A stretch of DNA of 59,535 bases, filler included, from 6 parts of 6 records of this genome joined end to end with filler, not necessarily neighbours in it; one strand, 5' to 3'; counted from the whole stretch's first letter, positions 16,543 through 29,200 are shown. A program made the numbers and translations. Notes: generated by a model not told the origin, from the sequence alone.

Positions 16543-18110
16543 AAAGTCAGCCCCATCGGCCCGGTTGCAAGCAGCGACAGCGGCATCGTAATCGCGCCTT
16601 CGGCGATGCGTACTCGCCCTTGGGATGCCTGGACGATGTCACGATCTGGAACAATCCCGGGCATAATCTCATAGGCCTCAAGCCCCGTTTCCGTCAGCCG
16701 CATCACACAGCGTTCGGTGATGTATACGACCTCTTGCCCTGTGCGCAGCGCACGCTGGCCGGCAAAGGTGATGTGTTCGACCTCGGAAACCATCTTGGTG
16801 AATTTTCCGGGTTTGGTGACGCTAAGGCCTGTTTCGGTTAACTGCAGCCCTGCTGCCGCCTCAAAATATCCGGAAAAGACGATCTTGCGGGCGTGGGCAG
16901 TGATGTCGACAAAGCCGCCGCAACCAGCTGTAAGATATGGCTTCTTGCCGAGTTTAGAAACGTTCACATTACCCTTCACATCCACCTCGAGGAAGGACAA
17001 GAAGGAGACGTCGAACCCGCCACCCTGAAAATAGGTGAATTGGTTGGGGCTTGGCATAAAGGCATCGGCGTTGGACGCGCAGCCAAACGCGAAGCCCGTC
17101 AAAGGCATTCCCCCGACAGCGCCCTGTTCGATGGCCCAAGTGACGGCGCCGACCTCGCCCTCTTCCAGCAGAATACGCGGCACCATGGCGGAAATGCCAA
17201 AACCTAGGTTGGCGGTTTGCCCCCGCTTTAGCTCTAGCGCGGCACGGCGGGCAATCACCTTTTCCACGCCATATTCGGCAAGTGCAAAGGACGACCACGG
17301 CCGCATGACCTGCCCGGAAATGGCCGGGTCGTACAGCGTTTCGGTGGTCTGTTTCTGGTTCGGATCGACGACGATCAGGTCGACCAGATGCCCCGGTACA
17401 TGCACATCATGCAGGCGCAACGATCCATGGGTCGTGATCCGTTTCACCTGAGCGATCACCAGCCCGCGATGATTGCGCGTGGCAATGGCCTGATCTAGAC
17501 CGCCAAGTGTGGCACCCTCGTGTTCATAGGTCAGATTGCCATGTTCGTCGGCGGTGGTCGCACGCAAAATCGTGACGTCTGGAACGATATTGGGAAAATG
17601 CAGCCAGGTGTCACCGCCGAATTCGACGCGGTGCACGATAGGGATTTCCGCCGCGCGGTCGTTCATGGCGCAGCCCTGCAATTCGGGATCGACAAAGGTT
17701 TCGAGCCCCACCTTGGTCAGAACGCCCGGGCGGCGGGCGGCCACATCGCGGTGCATGTCGAACAGAATGCCCGAGGGCACATTGTAGGCGGCAACGCGGT
17801 TGTCCACGACCATCCGCCAGATCGCCGGCATAGGTAGTGAGGACGGCCCCGATGGATAGGATCCGCCGATAATGGTCGACAGCAGCCCGTCCTTGGCGAT
17901 GTGATCCACACCTTTGATGCCGTACATGTCCCCCGCCGCGATGGGGTGCAGGGTGGTCAGGTTGCGCGGATGGCCCTGCAAATCGAACCGTTCCCCAATG
18001 GCTTTGAGCACCGCATCGGGACATCCGAGACCCGAGGAGGAGGAGACTGAGACAACCGCATTGTCCTTGATCCGAGCGGCGGCTTCGGCCCCGGTGACAA
18101 GCTTCGACAT
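16539..18110 (-). CDS. Family I acyl-CoA transferase, fused alpha/beta (YdiF/Pct-like)
   Basis: NLGFGI, active-site IEQGAVGG, GNVNVSK and YITERCV. Confidence 0.9.
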   Translation of the reverse strand: MSKLVTGAEAAARIKDNAVVSVSSSSGLGCPDAVLKAIGERFDLQGHPRNLTTLHPIAAGDMYGIKGVDHIAKDGLLSTIIGGSYPSGPSSLPMPAIWRMVVDNRVAAYNVPSGILFDMHRDVAARRPGVLTKVGLETFVDPELQGCAMNDRAAEIPIVHRVEFGGDTWLHFPNIVPDVTILRATTADEHGNLTYEHEGATLGGLDQAIATRNHRGLVIAQVKRITTHGSLRLHDVHVPGHLVDLIVVDPNQKQTTETLYDPAISGQVMRPWSSFALAEYGVEKVIARRAALELKRGQTANLGFGISAMVPRILLEEGEVGAVTWAIEQGAVGGMPLTGFAFGCASNADAFMPSPNQFTYFQGGGFDVSFLSFLEVDVKGNVNVSKLGKKPYLTAGCGGFVDITAHARKIVFSGYFEAAAGLQLTETGLSVTKPGKFTKMVSEVEHITFAGQRALRTGQEVVYITERCVMRLTETGLEAYEIMPGIVPDRDIVQASQGRVRIAEGAITMPLSLLATGPMGLTL

Positions 18111-18113
18111 CGC

Positions 18114-19115
18114 TCAGAGCCCCTTGTAATTGACTGCCGTGCGCTGACCAGATTTTGCCGCCTGCGCCACAGCTGCGGCAACGGACAGCGACTTGACCCC
18201 ATCCACGCCATCGGCGCCGGGGCGGCCATTGCCCCCGATGGCCTGTTCAAACAGTTTAACGGCGTGGTCATAGGGGCCGTGATCAGAAAACGGCAGCGAC
18301 GCCCGCCCCGATGCCGTTACGATATCGATGTCCCCGACCGGCGCCGGTGTCATCACGTTGCGGGCCAGAATTGCGCCTTTTGTGCCGTAAACTTCGAAAC
18401 CGGTTTTGGCGTATTCATGGGTAAAGCTTTCGTGGGTCTGGACCATCACGCCGGACGGCATGTGCCAGATCGACATGCAACTATCCTCGACCCCCTGCCC
18501 CAGCCCGGATTCGGCAGACATTGCAACCACATCCACAGGGTATTCACCAAGGTGAAACCCGACAGTGTCGGCGTCGTGCACCACGATATCGGCAATGACG
18601 CCGCCGCCGGCGTCGGGGCTGGTCAGGCGCCAGCCTTGCAGGTGTTTGGGCAGCAGGACGGCATGGTGCACACGAATGGAAAGGACGCGACCGATTGTTC
18701 CGGCCTGGATCGCATCGCGGATGGCAATGTGCGATCCGGCGTTGCGCAGATGGTGATTGGTGGCAAAAATCAGGCCGGCCGCCTTGGCCGCCTGCACCAT
18801 GGTCATCGCGTCGTCGATGTCTGTCGCCAGCGGCTTTTCACACAGCACATGTTTGCCCGCGGCAATGGCAGCCATTGCCTGAGCGAAGTGTTTTTCGTTT
18901 GTGGTCGAGATATAGACCGCGTCGATATCCGCGTCTGCCAGCATGTCATCCAGAGAGGTCACGCCCTTGGCAATGCCATGGGTGTCCGCATAACTTTGGG
19001 CGCGCGCTGCATCCGAGCTGAGCACCGATTTGACCGTGCCACCGTTTCTGCGAAAGGCGCCGATCATTTGTTCGGCGGCAATGCTGCTGGCCCCTATCAA
19101 TCCCCAGGTGGTCAT
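18114..19115 (-). CDS. afr: 1,5-anhydro-D-fructose reductase homologue (Gfo/Idh/MocA)
   Basis: WGLIGASSIA, YISTTNEKH, CEKP, TNHHLRN, HLQGWR and GGGVIADIVVHDAD closely follow the Sinorhizobium/Ensifer Afr sequence as I recall it. RBS AAGAGG precedes ATG 19115. Confidence 0.8.
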   Translation of the reverse strand: MTTWGLIGASSIAAEQMIGAFRRNGGTVKSVLSSDAARAQSYADTHGIAKGVTSLDDMLADADIDAVYISTTNEKHFAQAMAAIAAGKHVLCEKPLATDIDDAMTMVQAAKAAGLIFATNHHLRNAGSHIAIRDAIQAGTIGRVLSIRVHHAVLLPKHLQGWRLTSPDAGGGVIADIVVHDADTVGFHLGEYPVDVVAMSAESGLGQGVEDSCMSIWHMPSGVMVQTHESFTHEYAKTGFEVYGTKGAILARNVMTPAPVGDIDIVTASGRASLPFSDHGPYDHAVKLFEQAIGGNGRPGADGVDGVKSLSVAAAVAQAAKSGQRTAVNYKGL

Positions 19116-19140
19116 GGCGGTATCCTCTTGACTCGACATT

Positions 19141-19179
19141 ATATGGAACGTTCCTATAGGCAATAGGAACGTTCCATAT
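19141..19179. promoter_or_regulatory. Double LacI-type operator in the afr promoter
   Basis: Perfect 17-bp inverted repeat atatggaacgttcctat-aggca-ataggaacgttccatat; each arm contains the palindrome GGAACGTTCC. Confidence 0.85.
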
Positions 19180-19188
19180 TCGTGTCAA
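19160..19188 (-). promoter_or_regulatory. Sigma70 promoter of the afr operon
   Basis: TTGACA (19188-19183)-N17-TATTGC on the minus strand, overlapping the operator. Confidence 0.55.
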
Positions 19189-19295
19189 GCGGCATGAGGT
19201 GTGCGACTATCGTCGCCTTTATGACCCGACGGTTGTTGGAACGGCGGCTTTTGCAACCCGGCCGGGTTGCGTGTCGCGCGGAGCGTAAAGGAAAT

Positions 19296-19574
19296 CTAAC
19301 GTTCGCGCGCGCGCCACCCACCGCGGCGGCGCGGTGTGGCCATGCCGGTCAACCCTTCGCCCAGCACCTTTGTCATAGGATGGATTTCGGCCCCGTCGAC
19401 CTCGGGCGCATGCCTGTGGATCAGGGCGCGGATCAACGTCGCCGTGTCGGCATTTACCGGCACCGCAAGGGCCCAGTCCAGAAAGATGGAGCGACATTCC
19501 TCGTAGGTGATGCCCTCAATCCGGTAGGCATCGTTTATCAACCCCTTGGGGTCCGTCGTGTCGCCCTTGATCAT
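19296..19574 (-). CDS. Hypothetical protein, 92 aa, coupled to glnE
   Basis: ATGA overlap with the glnE stop; DPKGLI..AYRIEGI...CRSIFLDWAL..HPMT. Confidence 0.75.
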   Translation of the reverse strand: MIKGDTTDPKGLINDAYRIEGITYEECRSIFLDWALAVPVNADTATLIRALIHRHAPEVDGAEIHPMTKVLGEGLTGMATPRRRGGWRARER

Positions 19575-21383
19575 TCCGCGTCTCCTGCCTTTGGCAATGC
19601 GGTGTCGAGTATTTCCGCAGCACGCAAGGTAAGCGCCTGCAACGTTTCGGCAAGCGCCTTCATGCTGTCCTGCCCCGTAACACGTTGAAGAAAGGCGCAG
19701 CCGCCCGCGCCAAGCGTGTCCGGATTGAACTGGGCATTGCTGATCAGACGGGCCCCTACCTGCAGGCTCCAGCAGAGTGCATGTGTGTCCGCCAGATGCT
19801 CGGCCTCGGGTGTGATCAGCCAACCCTGTTCGACAGCTTGGGCAAGGCCCTCGCCCAGGCTCATGGTACCACCGCCTGACAAAAGCGCCCCCGCCTGGGC
19901 CGCCAATTCAATTTCCTGCAAACGGCCGCGGCCCAGCTTTGGCTCCCAGAACGCGCCCGGACCCTTGGCCCCCGCAATCCGCGCCCGCATCACCGCCAGA
20001 TCCGCCAGAACAGTGTCCTGGTCGCGCCGTGCCGCTAGTAATTCGGCACGAAAGGCGTACACGTCTTGGGCCAGATCCTCTGGCCCCGCCATGATCCGGG
20101 CCCGGGTCAATGCCAGATGTTCCCAGTTCCAGGCATCTTCGGTCTGATAGGCGCGAAAGGCGGCCAGACTGGTCGCGACCGGCCCCTGATTTCCCGAAGG
20201 CCGCAGACGCATATCAACCTCGTACAATTTGCCCTGCGCCATCGCAGCTGTCAGCGCCGTGATCAGCGCCTGGGTAAGACGGGCGTAATAGACGCGCACC
20301 TGCAATGGCCTGAGCCCATCTGAGGTTTCGGCATCACCGGGATCGTAGATCACGATCACATCCAGATCCGACCGCGTGTGCAGCCGCCCTGCCCCAAGAG
20401 AACCCATGCCAAGAACAACCGCGCCACGCCCCGGTGCGGCACCGTGTTTACGCGCGAATTCGGCCTGCACCGCCGGCCAGAGCGTGGCGAGCGTTGCCTC
20501 GGCGAGTTGAGCGTATTGAACGCTTGCCTCACCAGCGTCGATCAGACCGCGCAGCAAATGCACACCCACGCGGAAATGCCATTCGTTTTTCCACCGCCGC
20601 GCGGCATCCAGCTTGCCTTCGTAATCAGCCTCGCGCGCCAGAATAGCGGTCAGTTCCGTGGTCAACTGTCCGGTCCCCGGCCAGTCGGCAAAGAAGCCGC
20701 CGCCGATGACCGCATCAAAGACGCCGGCATTTTCGGACAGATGCCGGGCCAGATCCGGTGATGTGCCGGTGATGTCCACCAACAGGTCGATCAGCTGATG
20801 ATTGGCCTCAAATAAGGAAAAAAGCTGTACGCCCGCGGGCAGTCCGGCCAAAAATCCGTCAAAGGCCAGCAGCGCCTCTTCTGGTCTTGCGGTGCTTTCC
20901 AGACGGCAGAGGATTTCGGGGCGCAGCCGGTTGAAAATCTCGACCGCGCGGTCAGAGCGCAGCGCCGGATACCGCGGCCACCGGGCGATAACCGGGCTGT
21001 TTTCCAGCGGGGTCGGTTGCGGTGCGGGGCCTGAATCGCTTGCGAAAAAGCCTTCGGTCAATTCATGCACGGCGTTCAGCCGCGCGGTCAGGTCGCGGCG
21101 CCATTCGGCTTCGTCCACATCCATGAGACAGGCCAGCCGTGCAAAACCTTCGGGCTGGTCAGGCAGGTTGTGGGTCTGCTGGTCGTTGATCATCTGCAGG
21201 CGGTGTTCAACCTCGCGGTGACTGCGGTAATGGTCGGTCAGAGCGTGGGCCGCACCCGCCGGGATCCAGCCTTTTTTCGCCAGAACGGCAAGCCCTTCGA
21301 CCGTGCCGCGCAGGCGCAATTCAGGATCGCGCCCACCGGCGATGATCTGGCGCGTCTGGGTGAAAAATTCGATCTCGCGGATG
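19571..21383 (-). CDS. glnE: Glutamine synthetase adenylyltransferase, 5'-truncated
   Basis: IREIEFFTQ at the contig end, EHRLQM, GMGSLG..SDLDVIVIYD, YEVDMRLRPSG and WEHLAL. Confidence 0.93.
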
Positions 21384-21483
21384 NNNNNNNNNNNNNNNNN
21401 NNNNNNNNNNNNNNNNNNNNNNNNNNNTTAATTAATTAANNNNNNNNNNNNNNNNNNNNNNNNNNNNNNNNNNNNNNNNNNNN
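21384..21483. other. Artificial contig spacer
   Basis: N44-TTAATTAATTAA-N44. Confidence 0.99.
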
Positions 21484-21484
21484 A

Positions 21485-21739
21485 GCAGGCGGTTCATCCC
21501 GCAACGGTCGTGACTCAGCTGGACGTCGTCTTGGCGTGAAACTGTATGGCGGCCAATCAGCTATCCCTGGAAACATCGTTGTGCGTCAGCGCGGAACGAA
21601 ATTCTGGCCGGGTGAAGGCGTTGGCATGGGCAAAGATCACACGATCTTTGCAACTGTCGAAGGCAACATCAAATTCCACAAAGGCCTCAAGGGCCGCACC
21701 TTTATTTCGGTTCTGCCAGTGGCGGAGGCCGCTGAGTAA
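21485..21739 (+). CDS. rpmA: 50S ribosomal protein L27, 5'-truncated
   Basis: [19 protein letters not shown]...RQRGTK...GKDHTIFA. Confidence 0.97.
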   Translation, partial: AGGSSRNGRDSAGRRLGVKLYGGQSAIPGNIVVRQRGTKFWPGEGVGMGKDHTIFATVEGNIKFHKGLKGRTFISVLPVAEAAE

Positions 21740-21768
21740 GCCGACCTTAAGGTTTTTGGAAACAAAAA

Positions 21769-21807
21769 TAGGGGATCGGCAGAAACGCCGGTCCCCTAGA
21801 TTGTTTT
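21769..21807 (+). terminator. Terminator after rpmA
   Basis: taggggatcggc-agaaac-gccggtccccta followed by a T-rich tract. Confidence 0.7.
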
Positions 21808-21985
21808 GCAAAGGGGCCGTGTTTTGGTCATTGCCGCGCCACAAGTAAATGCGAAGTAACGCGTCTAAATCGTGATGCAGGTAGGGTTGGGTTCTTCGGG
21901 AAAAGACCCCAATTCAGAATGAACACCGTTAACAGCTCTCGCGCAGACAATATCTAAGCGGGCAATGTGCATGGAGGAGCAGCAC

Positions 21986-22525
21986 ATGAGTCTTGATCAG
22001 ATAATCGACCAGCAATTGATTGTTGGACCCCGGTTTGACCTTCGCCCTTTGCGTCTGTCAGATCAGGGCATGATAGAACATTATGCGTCAGACAAGAGAG
22101 TTGCGCACAATACGACGACGATTGCGCATCCTTTGCCACCGGGATCGACAGAGGCGTTTGTTGCCCGCGCGATGGTCGGAAAACGCGACGAAGATGTTTG
22201 GGCGATGGATGCCACCAAATCTGGCGGACCGGAATTGATGGGGCTGATCTCGCTTAAACACATAGAACGCGACCAATCCGAAGTCGGTTATTGGGTGGCA
22301 CCGGCCTTTTGGAATACCGGGGTTGCCTCTGATGCGGTCACCGCCTTGGTTTCCGCCAACCCCCTCAGCAACAAAACAATGTTCGCTGCGGTGTTTCAAG
22401 ACAATCCCGCTTCAGCCAAAGTGCTGACAAATTGCGGGTTCGAATATATCGGAGACGCGGAGGCCTTCTCAGTCGCGCGCAACTCTACGGTTCAGACTTG
22501 GACCTATCTTTTAAAACTGGCGTGA
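21986..22525 (+). CDS. RimJ/RimL-type GNAT acetyltransferase
   Basis: EVGYW..WNTG, DNPASAKVL..GF; RBS GGAGG; located between rpmA and obgE. Confidence 0.9.
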   Translation: MSLDQIIDQQLIVGPRFDLRPLRLSDQGMIEHYASDKRVAHNTTTIAHPLPPGSTEAFVARAMVGKRDEDVWAMDATKSGGPELMGLISLKHIERDQSEVGYWVAPAFWNTGVASDAVTALVSANPLSNKTMFAAVFQDNPASAKVLTNCGFEYIGDAEAFSVARNSTVQTWTYLLKLA

Positions 22526-22539
22526 CTTCTGCCGCTTGA

Positions 22540-24743
<2,204 letters not shown>

Positions 24744-24800
24744 TCCCATCTTCTCTTTTTTAAATACGCAAAATCCGACATCTGCCCAAGAGGTCCCCCG

Positions 24801-26066
24801 ATGAAAGATATGACTGACATTCCCGCTCTCATGGCTGATCTTGGCCAACGCGCCAAATCAGCGGCTGCTGAACTTGCCTTTGCCCCGGCCGCGGCGAAAG
24901 AAGCGGCATTAAACGCCGCAGCTGACGCCGTTTGGGCCAACCGCGCAGACATCGTTGCTGCCAATGAAAAAGACATGGAGTTTGGCCGTGACAAAGGGCT
25001 TTCGGCCGCCATGCTGGATCGCCTTTTGCTGACAGAAGACCGGATTCAAGGCATCGTGGATGGTCTGCGGGCCGTGGCCGCTCAATCCGATCCCATTGGT
25101 GAGACCTTGGAAGAATGGGACCGTCCAAGCGGGCTGCATATCAAACGCATTCGGACACCGCTTGGCGTGGTCGGGGTGATTTATGAAAGCCGCCCGAATG
25201 TCACTGCGGATGCAGGCGCGTTGTGTCTTAAAGCCGGAAACGCGGTGATTTTGCGCGGCGGCTCCGAGAGCTTTCATTCTTCATCCGCGATCCATGCCTG
25301 TTTGGTTCAAGGACTTGAGGCCGCTGGCCTGCCAAAAGACACCATCTCACTGGTGCCAACGCGGGATCGCGCGGCGGTCAGCGAAATGTTGACCATGACG
25401 GATACGATTGATGTGATTGTTCCTCGCGGTGGCAAGGGGCTTGTCGGTTTGGTCCAGCGCGAAGCCCGTGTGCCGGTTTTTGCGCATCTTGAAGGTATCG
25501 TTCATATCTATATCGACAAAGATGCCGATCCGGTCAAAGCATTGAACGTTGTCATGAATGCAAAAACCCGTCGTACTGGCATTTGCGGCGCCGCCGAATG
25601 CCTGTTGATCCATAAGGATGTCGTGGACACGATTGGGCAGGGGGTGATCAAAGCCCTCCTCGACGCAGATGTCGAAGTACGCGCTGATGGGACCTTGGCC
25701 GCTATCAACGGAACTCAACGTGCGAGTGAAGACGATTGGGGCAAAGAATACCTCGACAGTATCATTGCCGCACGTGTTGTGGACGATCTGGACGGCGCCA
25801 TCGCGCATATTCGCCAGTACAGCTCAAACCACACGGACTGTATCATCACCGAAGATGACGCGGCGGCCGATCGCTTTTTCGAACGGGTCGACAGCGCCAT
25901 TCTGATGCGCAATGCCTCGACCCAGTTCGCCGACGGTGGGGAATTTGGCATGGGCGGTGAAATCGGTATTGCGACCGGTAAAATGCATGCGCGTGGCCCG
26001 GTGGGCGCGACCCAATTGACGAGTTTCAAATATATTGTCACCGCCGACGGGGCCGTGCGCCCTTAA
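24801..26066 (+). CDS. proA: Gamma-glutamyl phosphate reductase
   Basis: [27 protein letters not shown] and HARGPVG. Confidence 0.97.
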   Translation: MKDMTDIPALMADLGQRAKSAAAELAFAPAAAKEAALNAAADAVWANRADIVAANEKDMEFGRDKGLSAAMLDRLLLTEDRIQGIVDGLRAVAAQSDPIGETLEEWDRPSGLHIKRIRTPLGVVGVIYESRPNVTADAGALCLKAGNAVILRGGSESFHSSSAIHACLVQGLEAAGLPKDTISLVPTRDRAAVSEMLTMTDTIDVIVPRGGKGLVGLVQREARVPVFAHLEGIVHIYIDKDADPVKALNVVMNAKTRRTGICGAAECLLIHKDVVDTIGQGVIKALLDADVEVRADGTLAAINGTQRASEDDWGKEYLDSIIAARVVDDLDGAIAHIRQYSSNHTDCIITEDDAAADRFFERVDSAILMRNASTQFADGGEFGMGGEIGIATGKMHARGPVGATQLTSFKYIVTADGAVRP

Positions 26067-26662
26067 ATTGTCAGAACCAGCCGGTTGCCCTCGACCAGAA
26101 CGTCAACAGGGCGACCGGAATTATGGCTTAGTACGCAGAGCAATCCAAAATGAACATGACCGGCCTGGATGTCGGTCATGTGACCTGTCTTAAGCGCGAA
26201 TAGAGCGGCACTATTTGCGGTCTCCGTCAGGCCGCTCGCTTGAATCTGAAACCTGCCATCCGCAATTTGAGCAACCAATTTCCCGCCTTGTGGCAACGCT
26301 GTTTCCGCGCACATAATAGCCAGAAATGCGATTTGCGCCTCATCTCGTGTTAGGTCTTGCTCGATATTCCAAACTATCTCATGCCGACTTCCGGGACCTA
26401 AATCCGAGAGCAAAACGCGGATTTCCTTGGCATTCATTTTCGAGTCAGACACTGTCGCGCCAAAGGCGACGCGATACAGACGAATGCGCGCGCTGGCGTT
26501 TTGGACACTGGATTGAATCAGTTCCATTTCGGGGCTGTCAGATAAAAAACCACTCATCTCCAAAAGCTCAAGCCCATTGCAGATCGCGCCAATTGGGCTA
26601 ATCAGGTCATGACAAATACGGGATCCGACAAGTCCTGCCAGAGTAAGGTTCGTTTCAGGCAT
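26063..26662 (-). CDS. chpT: Histidine phosphotransferase ChpT
   Basis: [21 protein letters not shown] and R.AFG. Confidence 0.9.
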   Translation of the reverse strand: MPETNLTLAGLVGSRICHDLISPIGAICNGLELLEMSGFLSDSPEMELIQSSVQNASARIRLYRVAFGATVSDSKMNAKEIRVLLSDLGPGSRHEIVWNIEQDLTRDEAQIAFLAIMCAETALPQGGKLVAQIADGRFQIQASGLTETANSAALFALKTGHMTDIQAGHVHFGLLCVLSHNSGRPVDVLVEGNRLVLTI

Positions 26663-26694
26663 CCCAACTCCTTAGATTGAATAGAAAGCTGATA

Positions 26695-26883
26695 ATGAAA
26701 GAATTGAATGCGCTCCTGGAGCCAGGGATGTTGGTGGAACACAGCGACCAACCGGATTGGGGTATTGGACAGGTACAGTCCAATATCGGTGGACGTGTAA
26801 CAGTAAACTTTCGTGAGGCCGGAAAAGTCGTCATTGATGGATCCAAAATCATGCTTATCCCAGTATTAAACAACCAAGGGTAG
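26695..26883 (+). CDS. DUF3553-like small SH3-type protein
   Basis: LEPGMLVEH..QPDWGIGQVQS..GRVTVNF..AGK; divergent from chpT. Confidence 0.8.
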   Translation: MKELNALLEPGMLVEHSDQPDWGIGQVQSNIGGRVTVNFREAGKVVIDGSKIMLIPVLNNQG

Positions 26884-26894
26884 TATTGTCCATC

Positions 26895-26909
26895 TTAAAG
26901 ACAGGTTAA
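26895..26909. promoter_or_regulatory. Full CtrA box
   Basis: TTAA-agacagg-TTAA (TTAA-N7-TTAA), intergenic. Confidence 0.6.
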
Positions 26910-26994
26910 GGAATGTTCGAGAGCCAATGGCGCGACTTGCCAAGACGGGTGACCCAGCCTAGAAGCAGGGCCGAGCATGAGGACACGCCCGCAC

Positions 26995-27756
26995 ATGACC
27001 AGCCCTGACGCGAAATTCCGAGTTCGGCTTGCCGAAAGCGAAGACGACATCCGCGCTGCGCAACGTCTTCGATACGAAGTTTTTGTTCAAGAACTTGGTG
27101 GAACGGGTCTGATGGTTGATCACGAAGATCAGTTGGAACGTGATCGTTTCGATCCGTTTTTTGACCACCTCCTGTTAGAAGATCCCTCTAGGGACGGCCC
27201 TCCTTTGGTGGGCGTTTATCGGGTATTGCGAGACGATCAGGCCAAAGCTGCGGGACAGTTTTATTCCGAAGATGAATATGACTTATCTGCTTTGCGTAAC
27301 AGCGGTCGCAAACTGCTGGAACTCGGGCGTTCTTGCCTGCATCCGGATTATCGCGGTGGGATGGGCATGTACTATATGTGGCAGGGCCTGTCAGAATATG
27401 TTGATGCTCACGGGATCGAGCTCTTGTTCGGTGTCGCCAGCTTTCATGGCACGGATGTCGACGAATTGGCCCACGCGCTCAGCACATTGCACCATCGGCA
27501 TCTTGCGCCCCAGGAATATCGGGTCCGCGCGCGTCAATACCAAGCTATGGATTTGATTCCAAAGGATAAAATTGACCGCCGCCGCGCGATGGTGGAAACT
27601 CCGGCGCTGATCAAAGCCTACCTCCGTCTTGGCGGCTTTATTGGCGATGGTGCCTTTGTGGACCGCGCCTTTAATACAACGGATGTGTGTCTGTTGTTGG
27701 ATACAAAGAACCTTAACGACCGCCAGCGCGCGATCTATGCAGGTGGTCGCCGATGA
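26995..27756 (+). CDS. olsB: Ornithine lipid N-acyltransferase (GNAT fold)
   Basis: AQRLRY.VF..E, DRFD, VGVYR, ELGRSC and LIKAYLRLG; coupled to an acyltransferase. Alternative start 26977. Confidence 0.88.
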   Translation: MTSPDAKFRVRLAESEDDIRAAQRLRYEVFVQELGGTGLMVDHEDQLERDRFDPFFDHLLLEDPSRDGPPLVGVYRVLRDDQAKAAGQFYSEDEYDLSALRNSGRKLLELGRSCLHPDYRGGMGMYYMWQGLSEYVDAHGIELLFGVASFHGTDVDELAHALSTLHHRHLAPQEYRVRARQYQAMDLIPKDKIDRRRAMVETPALIKAYLRLGGFIGDGAFVDRAFNTTDVCLLLDTKNLNDRQRAIYAGGRR

Positions 27757-28580
27757 CACCGACGTGGACCGGGGCAGAAGAACCGACACCGCAAAAGATC
27801 ACTCTTGCGGGTTTGATTCGCGTGGTTGTGCGTGGAACAGCATTGGCCATTGTCTTGCTGATCGGCGTCGTGTCGATGTTTATTGCCAGACTGATTGAGC
27901 GGCCCTTATGTGGTGTAAACCGCCCGGCAACGCCGTATATCACTCAGGCCGTTTGCCGTTCAGCCCTTAGAATTATGGGGCTGACACTCAAGACGCAGGG
28001 GCCACGTATCAAGGGGGCAGGCGCCATTGTCGCCAACCATGCCTCGTGGCTGGACATTTTCGTCTTAAATTCGCGCAAAAACGTGTATTTTGTGTCCAAG
28101 GCCGAAGTGGCCGGCTGGCCGGGTATTGGGCTGTTGGCCCGCATCACCGGTACTGTCTTTATTCGCCGGGATCGCCGCGAAGCCAAACAACAAACCAAGT
28201 TATTTGAAGAGCGTCTGATAGCGGGCCACCGCCTTTTGTTCTTTCCCGAAGGCACATCAACAGACAGTCTACGTGTGTTGCCCTTTAAATCGACGTTATT
28301 CGCTGCCTTCTTTTCAGATGCGCTGCGCCATGCCATGCAGATTCAACCTGTGACCGTCGAATACCACGCGCCAACCGACCAAGATCCACGGTTCTATGGC
28401 TGGTGGGGCGGCATGGAATTCGGCGCGCATTTGTTACAAGTATTGGCCGTGCCAAAGCAAGGTCGGGTTGAGATTACATATCATGACCCTGTGCGGGTAG
28501 ATGATTTTCCCAACCGTAAATCCCTGGCTCGGCATTGCGAAGATCAGGTTCGATCAGCTCACAAAAGATCAATCAATTAG
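27753..28580 (+). CDS. olsA: Lyso-ornithine lipid O-acyltransferase (PlsC family)
   Basis: NHASWLD and FPEGT; ATGA overlap with olsB. Confidence 0.85.
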   Translation: MTPTWTGAEEPTPQKITLAGLIRVVVRGTALAIVLLIGVVSMFIARLIERPLCGVNRPATPYITQAVCRSALRIMGLTLKTQGPRIKGAGAIVANHASWLDIFVLNSRKNVYFVSKAEVAGWPGIGLLARITGTVFIRRDRREAKQQTKLFEERLIAGHRLLFFPEGTSTDSLRVLPFKSTLFAAFFSDALRHAMQIQPVTVEYHAPTDQDPRFYGWWGGMEFGAHLLQVLAVPKQGRVEITYHDPVRVDDFPNRKSLARHCEDQVRSAHKRSIN

Positions 28581-29200
28581 GCTTGCATCGCCTTGGTCAA
28601 GTTGGCCAGAGCAGCGATAGGATCCTCTTGTGCCCAGATCTCATCCCCGATGCCGAAAAAGTCTGTCACACCAGAGAGTTGGCCGATCAATTCAGGGGTC
28701 AAGGCGCCTTCGGCAACAACAGGCAATTCGATCATCTGAGACCACCATTCAAACAGCTCATGATCTGCAATCGCACCGTCTCCGAGTTTGGTTTCCCCAG
28801 CGGGTCCAAAACTGATGTAATCCGCCCCGGCTTCCCCCGCGGCCATGCCTTCATGGCTGGACTGTCCACAGAATGCGCCAACGATGGCTTCAGCGCCCAA
28901 CTCTTTTCTTGCATAGCGGACAGTTCTTGCACCGTCGGTCAGATGAACGCCGTCCAACCCAAGACGTTGCGCCAGCATGACATGGGTATCGATGACCAAA
29001 GCCACGTCAAACTGATGCGCCACTTCACGGACCACATCCGCCGCACGGCTGATTTCATCCTCGTCCTTGCTTGCCAAAGACAGGCGAATACACGCCATGT
29101 CCACCGCATCCAAAACACGGGAAAGCTGGTCAGGATAGCTCTGCACGTCAAAGACAGAAGGGGTGATCAGATAGAGTTGTGGCTGCTCGATATCGGACAT
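28577..29200 (-). CDS. Thiamine phosphate synthase-like (ThiE/TenI) protein
   Basis: Real start MSDIEQPQLYLITP; DGVHL, GADYISFGP and PVVAEG. Confidence 0.85.
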   Translation of the reverse strand: MSDIEQPQLYLITPSVFDVQSYPDQLSRVLDAVDMACIRLSLASKDEDEISRAADVVREVAHQFDVALVIDTHVMLAQRLGLDGVHLTDGARTVRYARKELGAEAIVGAFCGQSSHEGMAAGEAGADYISFGPAGETKLGDGAIADHELFEWWSQMIELPVVAEGALTPELIGQLSGVTDFFGIGDEIWAQEDPIAALANLTKAMQA

